The notes under the pieces were generated by a model. It was not told where the DNA came from. It ran no database searches and saw nothing but the letters and a program-made list of their open reading frames with translations. A stretch of DNA of 64,000 nt, taken from Octopus sinensis (lineage: Eukaryota). Shown here piece by piece: positions 38,162 to 51,080 of the stretch. Position numbers and translations under genes: made by a program. The stretch is from NCBI RefSeq assembly GCF_006345805.1, contig NC_043003.1:91388001-91452000 (forward strand). The letters run 5' to 3'. Numbering within the stretch: position 1 is the stretch's first letter; every line of letters starts with the position of its first letter.

Positions 38162-39139
38162 GTAAGTCTGAACAACACCCTGACAACCAACTCTGTGTGT
38201 GTGTGTGTGTATGTGCACGCGTGCATACATGCACATTAGTATTATTGTTATCTTTATCATCATCATTTTAATGTCTAAATTTACATGTTCATCAGGGTTA
38301 GATGAAAGTATGCAGTTATGCAGGTATTTTGAAAATACCTCATGGAGTGACAAGCATATTCTGCATAATTACAGGCTGCCCTTTGGCACCTTGCCAGGGA
38401 TGTGGCAAAATCGTAGGACTGCAGCATAGTGGATTGTGAAGATGTAGCAGAAGAGCTCAACTAAGTCAATAGTACTTCTTTCATTGATGCTGAGTAGAGG
38501 AATCCTAGCAGATCAACAGTCAGGATCACCAAGCTCTATCAAAAGAGTAACTGCAACACACTCTTAGCAGTGGCATCTATGGTTGTGTAATCTGCCAATG
38601 AAAGATTCACTAAGATGCAAGCTTCAGGTTCAAGTTCATAATAATGGAATTGGATGGCAACAGAGAAATCTGCAAAAGCAGTGAAAATATATAAATGTTG
38701 AGGCATAGTTTTCCACAACATAATGTCTTTCTTGATGTTAACCCTCACTTGTTTCCAAGCTAGGTAATAATCTCCAGTGTATTGAACAACTAACAGAACA
38801 GACTTAGTTATGCAGAGAGATGTCCCACCCGTGCTAGCATGGAAGGTGGACGTTAAACGATGATGATGAAGATAATGGAAAGGAACAGTGCTGTTTAAAT
38901 GGGCCTTTTGTTTACACCCAGTAAACACACACGTACAAACAGGCATGCACACATGTTTTCATACACACACACACACAGAGCAGGCTTCTTCAGTTTTTGT
39001 CTACCAATTTCACTCACAAGGTGTTGGTCAACCTTCAGCTACAGTACAGAACACCAACCGACAGCATCTACACATAGGAACTGATTCCCTATGTGCTTCC
39101 AGTGAAAACTTCTTGATCATACAGCCATGCCTGCACCTT

Positions 39140-39840
39140 TATCATCATCATCATCATCATCATCACCGTTTTATATTCGCTTTCCATGCTGGCATGGGTT
39201 GGATGGTTTGGTTGAAAACTGGCAAGCCAGGAGGCTGCACCAGGCTCCAATCTAATTTGGAAAGGTTTCTACAGCTAGATGCCTTTCCTAATGCCAACTA
39301 CACTGAGAGTGTAGTGGGTGCTTTTACGTGCCACTGGCATGGGAGCTAGTCAGGTGGCACTGGTATCAACCATGCTTGAAAGGTGTATTTTACATGCCAG
39401 TCAGGCAGCTCTAGCATTAGCCACAATCGAATGGTGCTTTTTACATGTCACCAGCATGGGTGCCAATCAGGTGGCACTGGCATTGGCCACACTTGAATGC
39501 AGCTTTTTACATTCCACCAGCACAGGTGCCAGTCAGGCAGCACTGACATCAGCCACAACTACAATTTCAAGCACGGCATGTTGTCCAATGATTGAAGGGT
39601 GCTTTTAAACTGGCCAGTTATGCAGCATTGGCATTGGCCATGACTATGATCTCACTTGGCTTGCCAGTTCTTCTTAAGTACGGTATTTCTCCAAAGGTTT
39701 CGGCTGCTTGTCATTGCCTCTGTGAGGGTCAACATTCAAAGGTCGTGCTTCGCCACCTCATTCCATGTCTTCCTGGGTCTACCTCTTCCACAGGTTACCT
39801 CCACTGTTAGGAAGTGACACTTCTTCATACAGCTGTCCTC
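39140..39840 (-). mobile_element. Older RTE 3' fragment (ORF2 end + 3'UTR + tail)
   Basis: 39680-39830 matches the ORF2 3' end seen at 30200-30360; (CAT)n tail at 39140. Confidence 0.8.
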
Positions 39841-39879
39841 ATCCATATGCATCACATGACCATAACACCAAGAGCATAC

Positions 39880-40080
39880 ACAAAGAAAAAAAAAAGAAAA
39901 GTGTTGATGAAGAGGTTACAGATGTGTGACGAAAGATTTCCAGACAAAGGACAAGAACAGAAATAAACGAGTAAAGAAAAAATATATAGTGCATGTGTTT
40001 ATTTGGCGCAAAAAAAAAGACCATCCCAAAATATGACAATATCTGTTTCAACACACAATTTCACATCAGGAGTCTTGCAA
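39880..40080 (+). mobile_element. Single copy related to the 55438-56026 element, with a degenerate hammerhead-like motif
   Basis: Shares AATATATAGTGCATGTGTTT, CCATCCC and ATCTGTTTCAACAC; motif tgt-TGATGA-agag-GTTAC agatgt GTGAC-GAAA-gat-TTC. Confidence 0.55.
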
Positions 40081-40569
40081 CACAAATTCATAAACATATA
40101 TATATATATATATGTTTATGTTCCTATAACCTGTGTTAATTCTGTAACCCTTTAAAATGGAAGATAAGAAAGTTCATTTTCGGTACTTGATGCTTTGGGA
40201 ACCAGACAAAAATTGTTGCAGCTCAGCTGGGGTGTCTTACCCCACCCTCCATATTCACCAGATATTGCTCCTCCACATATTCAGGTCTCTGCAGAATAGT
40301 CTTAATGGTAAAAATTTCAATTCTAGGAAGAGGGTATTTTCAAGTTAAAGGAAAGATGGAGACGCATTGTGCAACAAAATGGTTCATATTTGTTTGATTA
40401 AAAATGTAATGGCAAGTATTTATTAACCTTTTTCTTTCCTTTAAAAGTCAGCACAAACTTTTTGGACAACCCAATATAATAAATCTATTTCTGTTTCAAC
40501 ATCTTCTCTCCATTTTTTTTGTACTTGTTTATGGTATATTCTTATACCTATAATGTCTCTCCTCAATAT

Positions 40570-40586
40570 ATAATTATTTATATATG

Positions 40587-40672
<86 letters not shown>

Positions 40673-40781
40673 CCTGCTCGCTTAGCCAGTGGGATGGCGT
40701 CATTTGAAGGCTAAAACAATGTGAAGCGCATTGTGACCAGCGATGTGTAGCAACATCTGATAGCCTGGTCGGTCACGTGAT

Positions 40782-40845
<64 letters not shown>
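40570..40845. repeat. (TA)n microsatellite interrupted by a ~120-bp SINE 3' fragment (40671-40790)
   Basis: Directly visible. Confidence 0.85.
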
Positions 40846-40849
<4 letters not shown>

Positions 40850-40970
40850 AAACATGTTCATGTTTGAATTTGTACTTTGTAAATGTGATAATATTGAAAC
40901 TAGAATAAATATATATATATTTAAATATAAGTTTTATTTATATATTTGCTATTTCTTCATTTTCTTGAAG

Positions 40971-41049
40971 GTCTGTTGATGGCTTTTTGAATCCCAAGAT
41001 CAGAAATACTCACGTGCCATTATGGAATTATACAGTATTGAGATTTCAG
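40971..41049 (+). CDS. GGCX: GGCX coding exon ([26 protein letters not shown])
   Basis: AAG acceptor, GTATTC donor, 79 nt, phase 2/0; SVDG..N...HVPLWNY..LR.Q. Confidence 0.95.
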
Positions 41050-41458
41050 GTATTCCTATTTCTTACCAATATTTGAAGAACTGTTGAGATATCAAATTCT
41101 GTAGCCTTAAATTTAAATTATTATAATATTTATAATATACCTGTTTTTTGCTCAAGTCCTGCTAAAGTCAACTTTGATTTACAATGACACAGACCTGTTG
41201 CCAGTCTTTGGTGCCTGGGGCTGTTTCAGAATATTCTGGGTGGGTACTAATTTGTATTGCAGGAAAATTTTTGTAAACTGTATTTTCTAAATCTGAGGGT
41301 GCATCACTAAATAGTGAGGGGGCAGTGCCATCCAGTGCATCCCCTAGCAGACGAGCATGCATTGATACAGAGATTATAAAAAATAATACCTTAATAAATT
41401 AAAGCTGATACTATCAACTATACTTCTCCTCAATAAAAAATAATAATTGTCCTTATTT

Positions 41459-41897
41459 ACATTTGATGGACATTTGTCCCCATCTTGTTTGTTGTTAACA
41501 CAATGTTTCGGCTGATATACCCTCCAGCCTTCATCAGGTGTCTTGGGGAAATTTTTGAACATGGGTTCTCATTCCTAAGGTATTTTTTTTATATTGTTGT
41601 CATTGTTGTTGTTATTATTATTCAGGTCATTGGCATATGGCGTAGTGGTTAAGAGCACGGGCTACTAACCTTAAGATTCCGAGTTCAGTTCCAAGCAGTG
41701 ACCTGAATAATAATAATAATAATGATAATGATGATGATAATGTTGAAAAATACCTTAGGAATGAGAACCCAGGTTCGAAAATTTCCCCAAGATACCTGAT
41801 GAAGGCTGGAAACATTGTGTTAACAACACACGAGATGAGGACAAATACCCAAATGTAAATAGTGTACATTATTCCTCATCTCTTAAATATAGAACTG
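41459..41897 (+). mobile_element. 439-bp tRNA-headed, hammerhead-bearing retroposon with a 5' inverted arm and a 17-bp TSD
   Basis: TSD AATAATTGTCCTTATTT at 41442-41458 and 41898-41914. A-box TGGCGTAGTGG (41638-48) and B-box-like GAGTTCAGTTCC (41681-92). 41459-41629 is inverted relative to ~41699-41860. Confidence 0.88.
41497..41542 (-). ncRNA. Minimal type I hammerhead motif (PLE type)
   Basis: gacac-CTGATGA-A-GGCTG gagggtatat CAGCC-GAAAC-ATT-gtgtt: 5-bp stems I and II. Stem III AACATT is one CpG-decay step from the palindrome AACGTT. Confidence 0.8.
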
Positions 41898-42713
41898 AAT
41901 AATTGTCCTTATTTCATTTTTATATTTGGCTTATAAGATTCTTGATATGAAATCATGTGTTGGAACAGATTTTGTTGACTTGGGTATCCTGGGAGAGTCA
42001 TCATGCCAATAAGAAATACATTCACTGGTTCTTTTTCACTTTATCATCTTCATCATCATCCTTTAACATCTGTTTTCCATGCTGGTATGGGTTGGACAGT
42101 TTGACCAGATTCCAGTCTGATTTGGCTTTGTTTCTAAAGCTGGATGCCCTTTCTAATGCCAACCGCTTTACAGTGTGTGCTGGATACTTTTAATGTGGCT
42201 CTGGCACAAGCACTACCACATAGCACTGGCACAGGAGCTTTTTTTATGGTACCAGCACAGGACTCTTGCAAGCCAATCCTCTTCACCAGGGGGAGCGGCT
42301 TTAACACTTTTGTTGTGGAGGACAGCAAGGTGCCAGGTATCTAGCAGATCATGTACCCACATAAAGTCTCCCTCATTGGTTAAAAAAATAAGCAACAAGT
42401 TAGCAGGAATGGTCAAGTACCAGGATAAAGATTTTTTAATGTTTTGCTCTGATTCCTGCATTTATCAAGGTTGATCTACCATTTGATAACTTTGGGACAA
42501 ATGAAATAATATGAGTCTAATATTCCCTGTATTTTCTTTTACAAAGCTTTGCTTCCTATCTCTTCAGTTAGTACTGAGTCTTCTTGGAGTAAAAAGTTAC
42601 CTGTTGTAAATGTGTGTTACGAGTTTTAGGATATTACGACATGAATTTTTTCAATATGTTATTGTTAAACCATAATTCTAAGGTTGTCCCTTTTTGTCAC
42701 TTTTTGTTACAAG

Positions 42714-42820
42714 AACTTTCTGGTGTATTTTTTTGCTGGAATCAAGAAAATGACCCCAGAATGGCTTGGGGGTTATTCAATGAAGTCACTAAGTGAACAC
42801 TGGGTGTTCATGCCTTTTAC
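42714..42820 (+). CDS. GGCX: GGCX coding exon (NFLVYFFAGIKKMTPEWLGGYSMKSLSEHWVFMPFT)
   Basis: AAG acceptor, GTAAGT donor, 107 nt. AGIKK carries the catalytic lysine pair (human AGVKKL, K217/K218); GYSM..LS.HW.F.PF is conserved. Confidence 0.95.
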
Positions 42821-43488
42821 GTAAGTTTAGTTTTCCTTTTCTTTTTTCTCGTTTAGCCCATTTGACTGCAACCTGCCTGAAACAGCACTTGATTCTGTAA
42901 TTCTAATTATCCTATTTTAAAATTATCTCAGTTAAAACCGTCCATAAAAATCTCATGTTGGTTTATGTACCAAACACCTGCTTAACCCATTTCATACAAA
43001 ACTACCTGACACTGTCCTTTGTTTTATGATACAATCTTTCAGTTTTAAAGTGTGATCTAAATTATAATCTTCAGTCGAAATTTCATGTTAATATATGATC
43101 CAAACACCAGCTTAATAATGAAAGATATACACTGAATCCCTGTTTATTCATGGTTTGGCATTCACAGTCCTGGTTATTCGCAGAACGAATAATTGTCTGT
43201 TGAAACTACCGCATATTTGTGGAATTATAAATATGGCCCACGATTTTTTATGATTTCTTTCATAGAAATATATATTTTTCACACTTTTTAAGGTTAAATC
43301 ATTAATAATAATATACCGTATTTGCCAGTTTACTTGATGCCCCTTCGCACCTTAAGCTCCCTCTGATTAGAATAGCCACACACCACATCGCTTGATTATT
43401 TTAGAAACACGTACACTGTAAGATCTTGTATCTCTTATTCCTGCTTTCAGTCAAAGCTTGCTACTTAGTATAGTGACATCTATGTATA

Positions 43489-43522
<34 letters not shown>

Positions 43523-44869
43523 TCTCTCTCTCTCTCTCTCTCTCTGCTGTATTTGTCTCTCAACAACAACCTCTCATATATAAATATATAGTTGAAATTT
43601 ATAGAAAAACAAAAGTCAAAGACAGGTGTATGAACAACAATCGGGTGTGTATATATATATATCATTATTGTAGTATAGATTACTGTATCTAGTGGTAATA
43701 CAAACTAAATTTTTCAAAAGTGTTTATTTTTAATCTCTGGTCAACCTCCCATTGATGGTATGCACATATTGGATGCAAGGAAGATTTGTTTTGTACATCA
43801 ACCCCAATGGTGTTACTAATACTTATTTTATTGACCCTGAAAGAATGAAAAGCAAAGTCTACCTTAGTGGAATGTGAACTCAGAACATGAAGATGGACTA
43901 AATGCCGCTAAGCATTTTGCCTGGCATCTAATGATTCTGCTACCTTTGCTGCCTTACAAGTAAATATAATATTAAGCTTCTTAGAAGGATCTAGAGCAAG
44001 ATTAAAAGTGGTTTGAAACTGACTTGCTTAAATCATTCCCTGATTCTGTGATTCTGACTGTCTGTTTTAAAGTGATCTACAGTAGAATCTTCCATTAATA
44101 TCATGTTCAAAGCATCAGCACAACAACGACAAAGTATTTCCACTAAATTCTTCATTATTTTCAAAATTATTTGAAGTGAAGGCAGTGTATTTCAACAGAA
44201 ATATAACAATAAGGTTAATTAGTTTTAAAACATAGTACATTAGACTTTAAGCTAGTAATTAGCAAGCTATAATTTCATCTCATCTAACATATGTTGGAGT
44301 AATTATTACGTCTTGAAATTCCTATATATCAGATTAATTTAAATTGTGTTGACTTCTTAGATAAGAAGATATTTTAATCAGTTGTTACATATATATAAAC
44401 AGTTGTTACATATATATAAACAGTTGTTACATATATATAACATATTTAAAATATGTTAATCAAATGAGAAAATGAAAAAAATAAAATCTCTTACTTTAAG
44501 GGTAAAGTTTTGTTGACACAATGTGTTTATCATTAGTATGTGTCAGATAAAAAGTGTCAAATGTCAAATCTCTTGCTTGGTGGCATTCATCAACTGGTCA
44601 TTAACTTTATTGACTACAAACTTAGGTGAAATGATTCTTGGCAGTTCAAGAAACAAACATGGACTCAGTCCAGTGGAATATCACTAATAAAAGATGCTAA
44701 CATTAAGTACAGATTTTGAAACAATTCAATGAGGCGGTTGACCATGCCATCTCTAGTACCCAGTCCTTACCAATTCCAAGCATATTCACAAATGTAATTG
44801 AATCAAAAGCTCATGTAAGCAGTGTGCTAACATTTTGAGGTAAAAATAGGCAGAAGGTGATATAAACAT

Positions 44870-45480
44870 GTTCTAAATTACTTGGTTATATTCATCAGGA
44901 TTATGTCTATCCTGACTGACAATGGGATCTCCTACATTTCCAGGTGTACTTCCAGGTCTGTGAGACGGGCACAGCATTGTCTTTTAGGGATGTAGAATTG
45001 TGTTAGTTTGGAAACTAAAACAAGTGTATGCAAATCTTATATTTTGAGCACACTTTTGTATGGGGAAAAAGTATGGACTCCCTACATCAGATGTAAAAAG
45101 GAACTTGAAACTTTTCACATGCACTGTCTGTGCAATATCTGCAACATAACATGGCAAAATAAGATGTCAAATGTCAAAATTTTAGAAACATGATACCTCC
45201 AGTGTCAAAAGTATGCTGTTGAGAATTCAGTGTTGATGGGCAGGATGTGTTCAAATGCAAGATGATTGCCTTCCAAAAATTCTCTTGTAAGGCCATCAAC
45301 TAGAGGGATTCTACAGTAAACAAAAAAGACCCCTGCCAAAGTATAAAGATAAGCTGAAACAATCACAGAAATTCCTGTAGCTAAATGTGACATCTTGGGA
45401 AAATTATTGGCTTGATCGATCTGAGTGGCATAAAATGTGTCATGATGCATCTAAATAATTTGAGTTGAAGAATCAAGAAC
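44870..45480 (+). mobile_element. Decayed RTE (BovB-like) RT C-terminal fragment
   Basis: TKTSVCKSYILSTLLYGEKVWTPY...LETFHMHCLCNICNITWQNKMSNVKILE matches the RTE thumb region pattern (STLLYG.E.WT...FH..CL..I..I.W). Confidence 0.7.
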
Positions 45481-45674
45481 TTACAAGAACTTTATCCTAT
45501 AATCAACTGACCAATTGTCCAATCTCAGGCAAAATCAAAGTTAACATTGTCCCCATTGTAACTTCATACCAAAATCCATATTTTTCTTTTAATCCTTTCC
45601 TTCAAACACTCATAAATTCAAATTGACAGGAGTGAACCCCCCACCCCACCCCACAATCATCGTTGTCCTTATTG

Positions 45675-45728
<54 letters not shown>

Positions 45729-45746
45729 CTTTTTTATATTTTCCAG

Positions 45747-45910
45747 ATTATTTTTGACACCTGACCAAATAGATTTATTTATTGTACATTATTTTGGCTT
45801 TTTCCTTGATCTCACCATTGGATTTTTTCTATTCTTTGATACAACCCGACCATATGCCTTTGTTTTTGGATTGAGTTTTCATTTAATGAACTCGCAAATA
45901 TTTAATATAG
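45747..45910 (+). CDS. GGCX: GGCX coding exon (LFLTPDQIDLFIVHYFGFFLDLTIGFFLFFDTTRPYAFVFGLSFHLMNSQIFNIG)
   Basis: CAG acceptor, GTAAGC donor, 164 nt, phase 2/1; VH.....LDL..GF.LFFD and FH.MNSQ.F.IG. Confidence 0.96.
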
Positions 45911-47084
45911 GTAAGCCATCAACTAATCTAAATCTGCTTTAATTTTATAGTGTATATTACTGTTTTCCTACTGGCCTCTATGTTTGCAAACATTGTAGAA
46001 GTGATCTTGAATTTAGTCCATTTGATGTGGAATATTACTGAGTAAGAATAGTTGAACCTAAATGTATTGAAAAAAGGAGATAAGCATTAAAGGAATTAGC
46101 TGTGTGGTGAAGAAGTTTGGTTCTCAATCACATAGTTTCAGGTTTAGTCCCACTGCATAGCAATGACATCTTGGGCAAGTGTTTTTTTACCATAACCTCA
46201 GCCCAACCAAAGCCTTGTGACTGAGTTGTGTAGACAGAAGCTGAAAGAAGTCTAACATATATATATGTCATCATCATCATCATATGTCGCTTTTCCATGC
46301 TGGCATGGATTGGACAGTTAAATGAATTCAGTGTCTGCTTTGGCATGGTTTCTACAGCTGGATGCCCTTCCTAACACCAACCACTTAACAGTGTACTGGG
46401 TGCATGTGTGTGTGTCTGCTTGTCTTCACATTATGTAATAATAGTAAAATGAATGTCACAACCAATGTCATTCATTTCTAATATTTTATGAAAATATGTC
46501 TGGCCATGGGGAAATATTACATTACATGGAAACAGGTAAAGGTTGGTGACAGGATGATTGCTCATCCAGCTGTAGAAAAATTTGCCTCAATAAATCTGTC
46601 TGATCCATGCAAACATTGAAAAGTGGACATTAAAATGATGACTGTTATATCTAATTTACATTGTTTTTTTAAATTTTTCAAAATATTTTAAGCCTTATAA
46701 AACTGAGCCTTACATACATTAGTCTCTGTATTTCAATTTTGCTGTGTAGTCAACTTTAGTTAATCTATGTGTAGTATTCTATTACTAGGTTATATAATTT
46801 AAACCATCCCTCCACTCTCTCCCACCCCTCCACACACACACACTCTCTCTCTCTCTCTCTCCCTGCTCTTTGATATTGTTTAAACCAATCACCTTAGTTC
46901 TCCAGCCTAACTAAATAAATGTATTTGTGCAAACTTTTTGTATAACCTTTGTTTCAGATATAAATTTGATAATGCTAAACAATTAACTAATTGCCCAGCT
47001 GTTGTTCTGTTACATAACTTGCATAGAAAACTGCAAATTAGGAAATGTTGTTATTGTATAAATATTCTCATTGTCTTTGTGAGA

Positions 47085-47300
47085 ATATTGGTTTCAAATT
47101 TTGGCGCAAGGCCAGCAATTCTGAGGAGGGGATAAGTCAATTACATCAATTCCAGTGTTTAACTGGTACTAATTTTATCAACCTCAAAAGGATAAACAGC
47201 AAAATCAACCTTGATGGAATTTGAACTCAAAACATACAGACAGATGAAATGCTGCCAAGCATTTTTCCCAATGTGCTAGTGGTTTTGCCAGCTTAATATC
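47085..47300 (-). mobile_element. SINE family B copy (others near 43760-43950 and 49700-50060)
   Basis: Family B modules. Confidence 0.7.
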
Positions 47301-48949
47301 CTTGTCCTTCTTAGAGTATTAATGTCATTTAGGAGACCAGAAAGAAGACAGTATAAATATTAAGATTATAGTTTACATTATAAGAATTTAGAAATTTTGT
47401 GAGATACAAAGTCATTTTTAAAGGTGGACCTCAAAGCAGATAAAGCTATGAATAATAGTATGCAGAATATTGGATTGAACCAAAAAAAAACTATTGGCAA
47501 AAAGTTTAAGATTGCCCATGGGTCTCAAACTCACATCTGTAAACACGACAGACATTTTATGCTTAAAGAAAGTGTAAATTTAAATCATATAGATAACCTT
47601 CAACTATTTTGCCTCCACAGGGATTTTTAATCCGATATTCTACATGCTATTATTTATAGCTTTATCTGTTTCAAATTCCACCGTTAAAAAATGATATATT
47701 TTAAAAGCTTCCTTTCATTTATTAATTATGTCCATGGTTGCTGGATCTTTGGATGTTAATAGCAATGCATTTCAAGAACTTGGTGATCCTGACCTTTGAC
47801 CTCACAGAAGTTCCTCAATCTAGCATCGTGTGAATGTTGCTGTTGATGACTCTATATCTATCTGTTGCTTCCCTGTAACTCTAGGCTGGGTAGTTTTTGG
47901 GTACTATATCCCTTGACTATTACAAGTGCTATGTCCCCTCACCCCATGTTAGGTGAAAATTTGCAAAGTAGAAACAGTACTTTATATTTTTTTATTATCA
48001 TTTTTATAATTTCTATATATTTATTTTATTATAAATGCAAAACAACACCTTGGAGGAATCGATGTAAGCTTAAATAATAAACCGCGATATGGCAAGGGAT
48101 TAGTGCATACTTTGCCAAAAGAGTATTTGTTTCATTATGGTTTATTTGCACACTCCCTACTAACCCCTGTATCTAGAGCTGTTCATTTAGTCACTGCACG
48201 GGGACACTCATGGTAGGAGTTCTCTGCCCCAACCCTGTCTGGTGGTTTGGATTCAAGATTAAATCAAGTTTAATCAGATGACGATCAAATCCCTTACACA
48301 ATCCATCTTAAAACCTTTCAGCTCTGTCCCTTTTTCTCAATAACCCTTGTCACTGATCCATTTCCTCTCCCTGCTATATTCCTCTCCTCTTGCATACCAT
48401 CCCTTACCCCTTCACCTAGAATCATTACATACTCTCTCTCTCTTATTCTCCCTCAATTATAGGGACCACTTTATGCCCTTAACCTTGCAAGTTGCACCAT
48501 TTGTTCTGATGCCATGAAAAAAGCAACCTGTACACTCTGTAAAGTGGTTGGTATTAGGAAAGACATCCAGCCCTAGAAATCATCCAAAGTAGATATTGAT
48601 GCCTGATGCTGTTTTCTGACTCATCAGGTCCTGTAAAATCATCCAATCCATGTCAGTATGGAAGCCAGAAGTTAAATTAAGATGATGATGATGATGATGA
48701 TGATGAATTCTAGTTTGTCATAAAAAGAGGTTTAGATAGTTTTACAGATTTTAAACTCATGTTGATTCTGATGTCTTCAAACCTTCTTTTTATCTTTCTG
48801 AGTGCATCTCGTGCTTTGTTTTATCTCTCATAACGTTTTCATTCTCTGTATTAATGATCTATGTACTTTCACCTCTTTGCAAATTTCAAATGTAAATTAC
48901 AATGCAAAATATTTTGTGAGAATGTCAGCTTGATGACTTTGCATAGTAG

Positions 48950-49420
48950 AACCAAGCCCTTGGACAGTTTAATATTGACCATTGATGTGATATTCTGCCC
49001 ATAAAAGGATATGATCAGTTCTCAACTTTACTACAAATGCTAAGCCTCACCCTCATTGAAAATTTCTCTTAAAGAGCATACATTCTCAATTTAGTAAGGG
49101 CCATATCACAAAAACCTGTGTTTCTCTTCAGAGCCAGGAAAAACTTCAGTGACTTCAGCCCCTAACAACTATCTATCCTTTACAAAGCTCAGATAAGTCC
49201 CACTATGGAGCATTGCTCCTACATTTGGTACAGTACTGTTGTTGCAAAGCCTCCAGACATCCTAGACCACATCCCCGCCACCACCATCAATACCATGAAA
49301 ATGTCCATCTGACTAATTAACAAGAAGCTTCTGAATAATCCAATCTCAAACTTACTGATTATATTATTTATTTTATCTTCCTCTTCAGCAGATACTACAG
49401 TGGTCCTTGCTCCAACAGAC
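48950..49420 (+). mobile_element. Decayed non-RTE LINE RT C-terminal fragment (CR1/Jockey-like group)
   Basis: Reads LFRARKNF...LSILYKAQISPTMEHCSYIW and LFSRYYSGPCS, matching the LYKAQIRP.MEYCSHIW / FYRYY.G.CS pattern from recall. Confidence 0.6.
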
Positions 49421-50802
49421 CCAGCTACTCTCATGAACCTCCACTCAACCACTCCTGGCCCACTCATCTATCCTCCTCTCATCACCTATATTGCATCTAG
49501 CTAGTCTCATAAACCTCCACTCACCCACTCTAGATTCACTCATCTATCCTATATTGTGTGTAACTAGTCTCACAAACCTCACTCAGTCTCCAGGCTCACT
49601 CATCCATCCTCTTCTCATTAGTGAAAATATGTAATAAACATAACTAAATGCCTAATTAAGAAAAATAATCAGAATAAACATAACTAAAGGGTTGATGACA
49701 TTGGTTTCAAATTTGAGGTCGACTTTTCCTTTCATCCTTTCGGGGTCGATAAATTAAGTACCAGTTACACGACTTAATCCGTTTGTTTGTCCACTCTGTG
49801 TTTAGCCCCTTGTGGGTAGTAAAGAAATGGGTTGATGACATTGGTTTCAAATTTTGGCAAAAGGCCAGCAATTTTGGGAGTGGGGGCAAGTTGATTACAT
49901 CAACCCCACTGCTCAACTAGTACTTATTTTATCAACCCTGAAAGGATGAAGGGTAAAGTCGACCCGGGCAGGATTTGAACTGAGCATGCAAAGATGGATG
50001 AAATGTCATTAAACATTTTGCCCAACGTGCTAACAATTCTGCCAGCCCACTGCCTTAAAAAACAAAAAGATTGATGATATTGACATATCTGATTATCTCT
50101 GTGTATGGAGAGTGAAAGAAATTTAATTAGTTGGATTTTCAAAATTCTTGTTCAGGTACAGCTGTGTGGTAAGAAGTCTGCTTTCCAACCACATGGTTCC
50201 AAGTTCAGTCTCATTGTATGGCACTGTGGGCAAGTGTCTTCTACTATAGCTCCTGGCCAACCAAAACCTTGTGAGTGGATTTGGTAGCCCCGTCCCACTA
50301 TCAGATACAGTGCTGCCACCAAACCAACATCCTGTTGTAGCAAGCAACCCTGGAAATATTGTACAAGGAACTGATGTTGTTGTAATATCAATAATACCAT
50401 GTGACATATGTTGACCAATGGCAGCCCAATACCCAGAAACCATCTTGGGCCCCTCCTTATTCAGTCCCACGTGCCTGATAAGTTAGGTTTGTTTGATGAA
50501 ACTACAAAACTTGCAGTTGCATTGAAATGAATCAAGCAGTTACTAAACAATATATGTAAACAATATATATATAATAGGCACAGGTCTGGCTGTGTTGTAA
50601 GAAGCTTGCTACCCAACCACATGGGATCTAGGTTCAGTCCCACTGCATGGTACCTTGGGCAACTGTCATCTGTTATAGCCTTGAGCTGACCAAAGCCTTG
50701 TAAGTGGATTTGGTAGACGGAAACTGAAACAAACCTGTCATGTATATATATATATATGATAGATCGCTAGCCACTACACATTCTTTATTTTCTCTCCCTG
50801 TT

Positions 50803-50840
50803 TCTTTCTGTGGAAGAACATAAGCTTGAAACGTTAAAAA
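50803..50840 (+). ncRNA. Hammerhead-like motif with an A6U core variant in a PLE-like repeat (~50760-50930)
   Basis: tcttt-CTGTGGA-A-GAAC ataa GCTT-GAAAC-GTT-aaaaa; palindromic AACGTT stem III and GUU triplet. Confidence 0.55.
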
Positions 50841-50929
50841 CTTTTTCACTTCCTGAGTGTTAAACTAATACATCTGTTTGTTGTCTACACCACCTGTCTT
50901 TGTCTTTTGTTTTTTTGTGAATTCTCCTA

Positions 50930-51080
<151 letters not shown>

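Noticed and set aside
41632-41705. tRNA gene candidates (also 9985-10056 on the minus strand)
   Set aside because: A/B boxes are present, but I find no convincing acceptor stem or oligo-T terminator, and both run straight into repeat bodies. They are SINE heads.
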